From a virus, in IMG/VR virus record IMGVR_UViG_3300031419_000012: DNA of 64,000 bases; one strand, given 5' to 3'. How positions within the stretch are numbered: position 1 is the first letter of the stretch; every line of letters starts with the position of its first letter. The position numbers and the translations under genes were made by a program. Below the pieces are notes generated by a model, which was not told the origin of the DNA, ran no database searches, and saw nothing but the letters and a program-made list of their open reading frames with translations. Below are positions 52,978 through 60,875 of the stretch, one piece after another.

Positions 52978-54555
52978 TTAGCGGAACAGCGTTGGCTTAC
53001 CGACGATGCGGCGTGAAGAACCGGTAGGGCAGACAGACCAGGTGGCTTCCCACAGGTCGATATCTTTCTGCACAACGGTGATAACGAACGGCTCTGTACC
53101 CTGCGTGGCGTCACGCGGCTTAACCAGCGCCTCAGCTGCAACGAAGCGCTCCAGCAGGTCTTTTAAGCCATTAGTCAGGCCTTCAAAGGTGATGCCGTCC
53201 GGTTCATGCTTGAGCGCTTCGGCCACGTCATAAAAACCGCGCGCGATCGCGTTCATCAGCGAACTGATGTGTTGCAGGCGCAGATAGTTATTTTTGGCGA
53301 AGGTGGTCAGAGAATCGTCAATGTACATATTCCCGTTTTTATCGAGGCTGACCGGGTTAATGCGCGCGCCAACAAAGGCTTCACGGTCAATTTCATCCAG
53401 GTTCGGGATAGGCTTGATGTTCTGACGCGAGATGATCGCGCGCGATACGCCAGCCGGCGCGTAGTGCCAGCCGCCAACGTCAGAGACCAGGGCAACGCCT
53501 TTCGCTTTCGCTACAAACGCGTCGCAGGAGATCCCCCAGCTGACGTTAGTGCCGGTAAACGCGTCGCGTGCGGTGTACGGCCAGTAGTAACGCGCCGCCT
53601 GATGTGAACCGCCGAAACTATGGCTCTGCGCTTCGGCAATAGCAGCGGCTGACAGCTGCGCCCCGTGAATGTCATAAAACATATCGGTACGGGTATCTTC
53701 GGCCAGCTTCACCAGCGCGGCGAGGATAGTCGGGTCGTAGCAGCCCAGCGACAGTACAGCGGTCCAGGTAAACATTGATTTGCGCAGCACGGTCAGCGCT
53801 TTGGTGTAATCCGCTGTTGCGATAGCAGACAGATCGCCGTCGGTACCGCCGCTGAACTGCATATCATCGAAGCCTTCGGTGATCTGCAGCATCTGCGTTT
53901 CAACGTCGTCAGCCACAACAGCACGCAGGCGGGTAGAGCCGTTTTCCAGCGCGGTCGGCAGAAACGCCGGTGATCCCATGTCGCTGGTGGCGTCCGGATT
54001 AAAGGAGATCTGGTGTGACTCCAGCTGCGTTTCACCGCCGGCCGCATCAACCTGCTTCAGCGTCAGGATGTAGAAGCCCGGAGCGGTTTTATCCGCCTCC
54101 ATGCTCAGCGTGCGGTCTGCAGAGGCGTCGCCATCCTCGATGTAAATCATGGCCGCAGCGCCAGCCGCCAGAACCGGGTCGGTTCCCGGCGCGAAGTTGG
54201 TGGCAACAACGCTCAGCTCCTGCATGGTGGTATCAGCAGTCAGGGACAGGGCGGGGATCTTCATTCCCGGCGCCGGCACGCGTACCACATAACCGTCGCC
54301 GCCGTTTACCGCCGTTGCAACGTGGCGCAGAGGTTCAAAGGCTGCGCCGCTGCGCGGGTGGATAGCCGCGCCCAGCACCGACTGAAAGTTATCAGCGGTT
54401 ACGCGCAGCACGGAGCCTATTTTGCCGCGGCGGGAGATAACCAGACCGGCAAAGACGGACGCGCCGCCGGATGCAACGGAAGTCGTTGCGTCAGCATTGA
54501 CCTCCGCCACGCCGACGCCGGCCGCCTGGCCTACTGCAAAAGGGATCTTATTCAT
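52978..54555 (-). CDS. 22: Tail sheath protein
   Basis: 525 aa; RYYWPY, HYAPAG..RA, RINPV sheath motifs. Confidence 0.9.
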   Translation of the reverse strand: MNKIPFAVGQAAGVGVAEVNADATTSVASGGASVFAGLVISRRGKIGSVLRVTADNFQSVLGAAIHPRSGAAFEPLRHVATAVNGGDGYVVRVPAPGMKIPALSLTADTTMQELSVVATNFAPGTDPVLAAGAAAMIYIEDGDASADRTLSMEADKTAPGFYILTLKQVDAAGGETQLESHQISFNPDATSDMGSPAFLPTALENGSTRLRAVVADDVETQMLQITEGFDDMQFSGGTDGDLSAIATADYTKALTVLRKSMFTWTAVLSLGCYDPTILAALVKLAEDTRTDMFYDIHGAQLSAAAIAEAQSHSFGGSHQAARYYWPYTARDAFTGTNVSWGISCDAFVAKAKGVALVSDVGGWHYAPAGVSRAIISRQNIKPIPNLDEIDREAFVGARINPVSLDKNGNMYIDDSLTTFAKNNYLRLQHISSLMNAIARGFYDVAEALKHEPDGITFEGLTNGLKDLLERFVAAEALVKPRDATQGTEPFVITVVQKDIDLWEATWSVCPTGSSRRIVGKPTLFR

Positions 54556-54601
54556 GCGATATATCCAGAAAATGCCCCCTTAACGGGGGCGTTAAAGGGG
54601 A

Positions 54602-56341
54602 TTAGCTGGCGGTGCCGGTGGTCGCAGTTTCAGGCGCGGTTTCGCCCTGAATCTTCTCGCCGGTCAGCATGTTGTATGCGCCAGTTTTCGCGTTGGTCAG
54701 CGTCAGCTTGGCGAAGTAGTTCTCACCATTACGCGGGTGCAGCTCGTTAAGGGAAGAGCCCCAAAGCGTGGTGCGGTTGACCAGTGACGGGTTGGTTTCG
54801 TGGACATACGGAATTGCCGGAACGGCGTCACCCGCGATCAGACCTGCGTCACCGATGGAATCGCCGCGGCCATAGAAAAGAATGTCCTCTTTGCTCAGCG
54901 CTACGCCGTTTGCCACGAACTGATCGCAGATAGCGGTCGGTACTTCGTAGATCGGATAGGTGCCAAACAGCGTGCCGATACGCTGGATGTACGGCGACTG
55001 GACGAAGTTCGGATCGGCCTGGAACACGGTAGCCGGGAGGCTTTTCAGGAAGTTTGCCGCCTCGCCACCCGCAAAGCCGCCACGGATGCCCGCCTTGCGG
55101 GTACGGTTCACCATGTCGGTGCTCAGCTGCGTAACGGCGTGCTTCAGCAGCGTCACCCACGATTCATAGGTCTGGCCTTCCGGCAGCGCCACGTCGAACT
55201 TGCTGCCGTAAACGGTGTGGAATGCCATTGTGCGCAGGCGCATCATGTCCTGCTCATGGCTCAGCCAGTTACGCATAGCGGTGAACTGCGTGGACGACAG
55301 GCTGATGCCAAATTCACGGCTCAGATCGGATGCGGCCATCACGGTGTGCTCGGACGCAATGACAAACTGCGACGGCTTGATGGTGAACTCACGCATTGAC
55401 TGGTTGATGACCGGGATCAGGCCTGGCGCTTTTTCAACGTTGATCTCAACCTGTGCAGCCAGCTCAGTGCCTTTAGCCGGTGCGTCGGTAAAGGTTACGG
55501 CGATGGTGCCTTTGTCATAATCGACTTTACAGGTAGCCTGGAACTGATTGCCCTTAACGTCTTTGTCAGAGAAAAACAGGTTGCCGTCGGTGTCATCGAC
55601 CTTGCTCGGGCGACGGTTAATCAGCAGCTTGGTGCGGCCAGCACGGATCGGCATATCGGCGTTCTCAATCGCCTTAATGCTGAAGTTAAACACTTTCTTG
55701 GTACCGTCCGGCTGCGCAGCGGCAGGGAACAGATACAGGCGCTTCATCTGCGAGTAAACCGCCGCAGACTGCATGTGCATTTCATCGCCCTGCTGGAAGG
55801 TGCCAAAGCTGGTACCGGCCACGTTCAGCAGCTCATAAATCTTCGCTTCGTCGCGCTCGCACGGAACAAAAGTACACGCGTCGCTGGTGGCAGCGCCAAG
55901 CACCGCAGGCAGGATCAGCGCGGCAAACTGTGCCTGACGCATAACGCCGTCAGAGGTGCGCATATCAGCGGCCACTGACTCAAACATCGCTTTGCCGTTG
56001 CCTTCATGCTTCTCAGCTGCTGATTCAATCATCAGGTTTTCAAGCGCGCGGCTGGCGTTCGCCAGCTGGTCAGCTGGTGGATAGCAGCCATTACGCTCTT
56101 TGTATTCGATCATGCTCGACGCCCACGCGGTACCTACCAGACGGCAGAAATCCGGGTTAACGCCTTCAAACATCGGATCACGCCCAGCTGCAGCACCGAT
56201 GCTTACAGACATATCGTGGCGATTAGAAATCATTGAGCCATCTGCGTTGCGCTGTGCATCAACGGTGAAAGCCATAACGCGCGATGCACGCTGCATAACG
56301 TCCTGCTCGCGCTGGCGAGCCGGGGCAATATCTTTACTCAC
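54602..56341 (-). CDS. 23: Major capsid protein
   Basis: 579 aa; AMFESVAADMRTSDGV resembles the recalled P1 gp23 maturation region; followed by a hairpin at ~54574-54590. Confidence 0.9.
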   Translation of the reverse strand: MSKDIAPARQREQDVMQRASRVMAFTVDAQRNADGSMISNRHDMSVSIGAAAGRDPMFEGVNPDFCRLVGTAWASSMIEYKERNGCYPPADQLANASRALENLMIESAAEKHEGNGKAMFESVAADMRTSDGVMRQAQFAALILPAVLGAATSDACTFVPCERDEAKIYELLNVAGTSFGTFQQGDEMHMQSAAVYSQMKRLYLFPAAAQPDGTKKVFNFSIKAIENADMPIRAGRTKLLINRRPSKVDDTDGNLFFSDKDVKGNQFQATCKVDYDKGTIAVTFTDAPAKGTELAAQVEINVEKAPGLIPVINQSMREFTIKPSQFVIASEHTVMAASDLSREFGISLSSTQFTAMRNWLSHEQDMMRLRTMAFHTVYGSKFDVALPEGQTYESWVTLLKHAVTQLSTDMVNRTRKAGIRGGFAGGEAANFLKSLPATVFQADPNFVQSPYIQRIGTLFGTYPIYEVPTAICDQFVANGVALSKEDILFYGRGDSIGDAGLIAGDAVPAIPYVHETNPSLVNRTTLWGSSLNELHPRNGENYFAKLTLTNAKTGAYNMLTGEKIQGETAPETATTGTAS

Positions 56342-56392
56342 AAGTGAACCCTTCTTTAAGGGCGCGGCTGCGAGGGAACTTTTGACGGGGTG

Positions 56393-56413
56393 AATTTAAG
56401 CGGTTTGTAATTT
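56393..56413 (-). promoter_or_regulatory. Late promoter of the capsid-tail operon
   Basis: AAATTACAAAC-cgct-TAAATT. Confidence 0.7.
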
Positions 56414-56510
56414 GTATGGATCGGGATGCAAGAGATTTATTTAAATTCTAAGGAAAATTTTAGTGAAATGGTGTACCTTGCTCGCATGAATTTGACCACT
56501 GGTAAACCTC

Positions 56511-56945
56511 ATGGCTTATAAGCTCTACTTTCAGTACGCCAACGGCTCCAAATCGCACGCGATTGCGACCGGCAGCCGGCGCGACGCCCAGCAGCATCTT
56601 GATTACCTTCTGAGTGAGGCCGAACCCCGCTCACTGGCGCAGCAGATCATCATCATGTACGGCTCAGAAATCATCATGGAAGTCAGCCCAACATTAGGCG
56701 ATGACGAGATCCGCGCACTGCCTCGCTGGCGCAAAGCCGGGAATACGCAGCAGATGCACAACCCGGTAACGGCGTCTATTTACATGCCGAGTGCGGCGCG
56801 TGATTTTCTGTTACGGACAGGCGAGGGCAGTCTGGCGGCAGGCATGCGTAAACTCATGCTTAAAGTAGGCGGGCCGGATATAGCAGCAGCGTATATGGCA
56901 GACACAGCGGGTAATTCTGAAACTGCAGCGCAGCCAGTGAATTGA
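56511..56945 (+). CDS. Hypothetical protein with possible C-terminal ribbon-helix-helix
   Basis: SIYMPSAARDFLLRTGEGSLAAGMRKLM; preceded by a TTCTAAGG operator-like site. Confidence 0.6.
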   Translation: MAYKLYFQYANGSKSHAIATGSRRDAQQHLDYLLSEAEPRSLAQQIIIMYGSEIIMEVSPTLGDDEIRALPRWRKAGNTQQMHNPVTASIYMPSAARDFLLRTGEGSLAAGMRKLMLKVGGPDIAAAYMADTAGNSETAAQPVN

Positions 56946-57046
56946 AAGTCTGAATAAAATAAAATAGCCCCACACTAATAAATCATAAGCCGCTATGTAA
57001 GCGGCTTTTTTTTGCGCACTTTGCTCAGCACAAGGAAAAAAGGTCT

Positions 57047-57628
57047 ATGTTTCCAGGCGATAATGGTAAAAAAACCTTCCGTAAGAACTGCCGTAGCTTT
57101 TTCCTAATGGCGTCAGTAATAATAGCAAGCACAGCAAATCCAACCATTTCAATAGCTGCTCAGAGTAATATACCCGCCAAATCTCTGGAACATTCAAAAA
57201 CAAAAACGTTCACTTGGACAAACCTTGATACGAAAAAAACGGTTGAGATACCTTCAGGCTGGACTGTTACTATGTCACTACATAACAACGAAATATTCAC
57301 AATTTTTCATGAAACTTTAAGTGGGGCAGAGATCACTGTGTATCATGAAAAAACTACAGATGACGTCCATGCCTTTGCTGCGGACATGCTTAAAATTTAT
57401 CCCAAAAGGCATATTGAAATTACTCAGTCTGAATTTTACACGGCTGATGCAGGTACTTTCTGGCTGGCAAGCGGGAAAGTAGAAAGTGAACCAAACAAGC
57501 AATATGAAGTCGCAATTCATAATAAGGATGGACGGATGTGGCTTGTTTCAAGTCTATATCCAGAGTGGATGATGACTAACAGTGAATGGAATAAGGTTTC
57601 ATCAGCTGTAAATGCAAGTACGTTATAA
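57047..57628 (+). CDS. AT-rich exported protein, unknown function
   Basis: Signal-peptide-like N-terminus, low GC, flanked by terminators (~56988 and ~57745). Confidence 0.65.
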   Translation: MFPGDNGKKTFRKNCRSFFLMASVIIASTANPTISIAAQSNIPAKSLEHSKTKTFTWTNLDTKKTVEIPSGWTVTMSLHNNEIFTIFHETLSGAEITVYHEKTTDDVHAFAADMLKIYPKRHIEITQSEFYTADAGTFWLASGKVESEPNKQYEVAIHNKDGRMWLVSSLYPEWMMTNSEWNKVSSAVNASTL

Positions 57629-57761
57629 GAAAGCTAAATTTATAAAAAAATGGGCGCAAATCCAGAATAGGTTGAAGGGTAGCAGCTACTTCTCCATAAC
57701 TAATCACCTTACCGCCTATTATATTCCCATGATTTTAGTAAACAGCCCCGAAGGGCTGCTT

Positions 57762-58064
57762 TTAGCGACTGGCGTTATAGTCTGATATCAGACTATAACG
57801 CCGGTTGCATTCATCGACTGAGGCCAGTATTCCCGCCACGTAAGCGGGTAGCCTGTCGGTGAATCCAGGAATGTTTTCATCCACCTGGCATGGCTGGTAG
57901 CTCAGCGCCTTTTGCGGCGGCAGCTCCACCAGCTTTGTGACCGTCACGACTTCGGGCGTTAACGGCGCGGGCTTTGTCCCGGAGCATGCGAATAACGCTG
58001 GCAGGCAAAGCAGTATGATTAACGCCGGCAAGCAATATCGCCCGGTTAATTTCATCAATTTCAT
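57762..58064 (-). CDS. Outer-membrane lipoprotein spanin (Rz1/Mlp-like)
   Basis: Lipobox LFAC followed by a Pro-rich segment; overlaps the i-spanin 3' end. Start uncertain. Confidence 0.75.
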   Translation of the reverse strand: MKLMKLTGRYCLPALIILLCLPALFACSGTKPAPLTPEVVTVTKLVELPPQKALSYQPCQVDENIPGFTDRLPAYVAGILASVDECNRRYSLISDYNASR

Positions 58065-58401
58065 TCTGACTATCCTCTTTAAGTTTCTGCAGATCCTGCT
58101 CAAGCTGCGCCTGTTTCTGCGCGTAGTCCTGTCGCTCCTTTTCCCGCTTCTCCAGCGCCTGCTGCAGCGTCTGCAGCTGCGCCTGCTGCTCAGAGAGCGA
58201 GGTTTTAAGCGTGCTGTTATTACCGATCAGCGTTTTGTTGTTAGCGGTAAGCGTGCTGTTTGCCGCCTCCAGCTGTGCAACGTGCGCAAAGTGACTGGTG
58301 ACAATCACGTATCCCTTATGGCCTGCGGTCAGCAGTACGACGCAGAACGCCACGGCCACGGCGCGCTTGAGCCAGCCGGTCAGGGTGATTTGACTGAACA
58401 T
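57877..58401 (-). CDS. Inner-membrane spanin (Rz-like)
   Basis: N-terminal TM helix plus coiled coil; overlapping lipoprotein gene. Confidence 0.75.
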   Translation of the reverse strand: MFSQITLTGWLKRAVAVAFCVVLLTAGHKGYVIVTSHFAHVAQLEAANSTLTANNKTLIGNNSTLKTSLSEQQAQLQTLQQALEKREKERQDYAQKQAQLEQDLQKLKEDSQNEIDEINRAILLAGVNHTALPASVIRMLRDKARAVNARSRDGHKAGGAAAAKGAELPAMPGG

Positions 58402-58403
58402 AG

Positions 58404-59153
58404 TTACTCCTCGTTGAGCGCAGCCAGAACGGCTGCGGGCATAATGGCGCTGACGGCCTGACCCATTACCGGATCGCCATGCAGGCCGGACGTAAGCGCG
58501 ATGGCTACCGCATCTGACATGGCTTTTTTTGCCGTGCTGGTGGATGCGTTGACCTGATCCGCCAGGTGAGCGAGTGCTAATGTGCTGGCCGGTACCGGAG
58601 ACAACAGCGCATCAAGCGCGCTGGTGGCATCCTTCAGCGCGGCTATCTCCTCGTCGGTAAGCGCCGGCGCGATTGCACCCGGTGCTGCAGCGCCAGCTTT
58701 GGCGTTAACTGCCCCCATAGCTCCGGAGAGCGCGGAGAGCGATACGGCCTGCAGCAGATCGCCCACTGCGCCCGTAATGGCTTCATCCCCCATTGCGGCC
58801 ACCAGCGCGAACGCCGGCGCCGGAGAGAGACGATTACCCTTTACGTGACACTCCCATCCGGTTTTCAGCTGCAGCAGCTCAGACGGGCTGCTGAAGGGCT
58901 TAACCGCTGCTACGAATCCAGCAGCAGCGCCTGCTGCAGCGTCCAGGCTCGCCGCATAGCCTGACAGCTTACCGGTATAACCGGAGACGTCCGCCGGATA
59001 GGTGACGTCCGGCAACAGCAGCGCCCTGACAGATGCGGCCAGCTGCTCAGCGCGCGCCTGCGCCCCCTCGCATATCACGACCGGCGCTGGCGTAACCATG
59101 CCGGAGGCGGAGAGGGCAGCGAACGCGTTGATCTGTTTGTCGTTGTCGAGCAT
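58404..59153 (-). CDS. Ala-rich virion-associated protein (P1 UpfB-like, tentative)
   Basis: 249 aa; LLQLKTGW...AMGD...ALTDEEIAAL similar to a recalled P1 protein next to the PAAR gene. Confidence 0.65.
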   Translation of the reverse strand: MLDNDKQINAFAALSASGMVTPAPVVICEGAQARAEQLAASVRALLLPDVTYPADVSGYTGKLSGYAASLDAAAGAAAGFVAAVKPFSSPSELLQLKTGWECHVKGNRLSPAPAFALVAAMGDEAITGAVGDLLQAVSLSALSGAMGAVNAKAGAAAPGAIAPALTDEEIAALKDATSALDALLSPVPASTLALAHLADQVNASTSTAKKAMSDAVAIALTSGLHGDPVMGQAVSAIMPAAVLAALNEE

Positions 59154-59437
59154 TACTTAACCTCAAACCCGGCTTCGCCCGTGGCGACCACCGATCCGCA
59201 CGAAACCGGATCGTTGACGCACACAATGCCTTTGCCGTTGATGGTGAACCACGGACGGCCAGTAACCGCCGTGCCGTTGTGAGTACTGCTGCCGTCTGTG
59301 TGATCCGGAAACAGCTTGCCGTCCACCAGCACGGGCTTGCCATTGATGGTGAGCCCCGCGTCAGCCTCAGCAGTCTGACGCGAGGGGAAGCCATCGTGTC
59401 CGGAACAAACGGAATCCAGCGTGCCGGCGGCAGGCAT
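59153..59437 (-). CDS. upfC: PAAR-repeat spike tip protein
   Basis: CSGHDGFP...INGKPV...H...H...INGKGIVCVNDPVSCG with Zn ligands. Confidence 0.9.
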   Translation of the reverse strand: MPAAGTLDSVCSGHDGFPSRQTAEADAGLTINGKPVLVDGKLFPDHTDGSSTHNGTAVTGRPWFTINGKGIVCVNDPVSCGSVVATGEAGFEVK

Positions 59438-59464
59438 CAGCCCGCCCCGGCGCCGGAGCGCGTT

Positions 59465-59662
59465 TTATTCGTCATCAGGTATCAGCTCCAGATCCCCGCG
59501 GGTGTAGTTGAGCGGGCAGATGTAGTAGGGATGTTTCAGCACGTAGCGCTGCCCGTTCTCCAGCCAGTCCACCCGGTCCACTACGCACACTTCACCGTTA
59601 AACAGGTTGCCGCGTATGCGCACGCGGGAGCCTTTACGGATTGGCTTCTCAGCTGCGTCCAT
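59465..59662 (-). CDS. Small KOW/SH3-like protein
   Basis: KGSRVRIRGNLFNGEVCVVDRVD. Confidence 0.55.
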   Translation of the reverse strand: MDAAEKPIRKGSRVRIRGNLFNGEVCVVDRVDWLENGQRYVLKHPYYICPLNYTRGDLELIPDDE

Positions 59663-60240
59663 CAGGATTCCAGCAGCTCGTAAAAGTCATCAGGGATATC
59701 GCTGAACGACATGAACATACCCAGCCAGACGGCGCGGCTTGCGTCGGTGATATAGCGCGACATTTTGACGGTAGACAGCACGTTGCTGACCCATTTGGTC
59801 TGCGTGCGCTGGTCAAGCGGTGACATTTCATCCCACTTATCCGTAGCCATTTCGCGGGCCAGGTTAAGGGCGTACATGGTGGCCCACATTACCGGCATCA
59901 GATCGACGGTTTCCGGCTCGTCCGGCAGCTCTGCCTGCACTTCCAGATAGAACTCATATGCGACCTGGCAGACGTAGGTTGGTGTCAGCATGTAGCGCGA
60001 TTCCGGGCGCATGGCCATCAGGCGCACGCGGGTATCTTCTGCCGTGGCGTTTGCCATGATCTGCTCAATCATGATGTTGCGCGTGGCGCGCTGTGACGGG
60101 GTAAAACGCCAGTAAGGCGTTTCAAGCAGCACGCGGGTTTCAGGAGAGTAGTTATATTCGTACTGGAACTGCGGATCTTCGCGCAGCGCCATGCTCAGGT
60201 TGTGGAAAAGCTCAAATGCGGTGGGCTTACGGTTGCTCAT
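59662..60240 (-). CDS. Hypothetical late protein
   Basis: 192 aa; first gene after the late promoter at 60271-60291. Confidence 0.65.
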   Translation of the reverse strand: MSNRKPTAFELFHNLSMALREDPQFQYEYNYSPETRVLLETPYWRFTPSQRATRNIMIEQIMANATAEDTRVRLMAMRPESRYMLTPTYVCQVAYEFYLEVQAELPDEPETVDLMPVMWATMYALNLAREMATDKWDEMSPLDQRTQTKWVSNVLSTVKMSRYITDASRAVWLGMFMSFSDIPDDFYELLES

Positions 60241-60270
60241 AATTCACTCAGTGGTGTTAAAGGAAGAGGC

Positions 60271-60291
60271 ACCTTAATCAGTTTGTAATTT
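60271..60291 (-). promoter_or_regulatory. Late promoter of the PAAR-spanin operon
   Basis: AAATTACAAAC-tgat-TAAGGT. Confidence 0.65.
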
Positions 60292-60435
60292 GCTGAGAGC
60301 ACCCGGCATTGATGTTTTTGGTTACTTAATATCTAAATTTTATAAAAATAATAATGGAAGTTTTTGACACTTTTCCCGTATAGTCTGGCCTGCGGGCATG
60401 TAGTGCCTGCGCATAAGAAAAATAAGGATCATCAG

Positions 60436-60828
60436 ATGAAAACCATTTTTGGAAAAGTTATCCCGGCAAATGGGTTGCCTATCGACAAAACCGTGCTGGC
60501 GTCGTCCGGCAAATCCGGCGTGCAGCTGCTGGACTGCGGCGAAGAGTTTCAGGGGCGTTATGAGGTGGTTTCTCAGAGCGTGCTGGTGGCCTGCACCGAC
60601 AGCTACGCGAAAGCGAGCGACTTTTACTTTAAAGAGAGCGCACGGGTCAGCGCTGAAAGCCAGGCCAGCTATAACGCTAAGGTCAGAGAGGCAGAGTCAG
60701 CAGGGCTAAGCGGGTATCGCGTGCGGGACTATGCCAATGACCGCATTACCCTCAAAGATGCGCTGGCGCAGCAGAACACACCTCTCGGCATCCCGGCAGA
60801 GTTCCTGCCAGCTCACAATCCAATGTGA
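60436..60828 (+). CDS. Hypothetical protein
   Basis: Start ATG 60436 after AAGGA; followed by terminator AACCCCGC-acaga-GCGGGGTT (~60847-60870). Confidence 0.6.
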   Translation: MKTIFGKVIPANGLPIDKTVLASSGKSGVQLLDCGEEFQGRYEVVSQSVLVACTDSYAKASDFYFKESARVSAESQASYNAKVREAESAGLSGYRVRDYANDRITLKDALAQQNTPLGIPAEFLPAHNPM

Positions 60829-60875
60829 CGCACCGCGAATACAAAGAACCCCGCACAGAGCGGGGTTTTTTCGTT

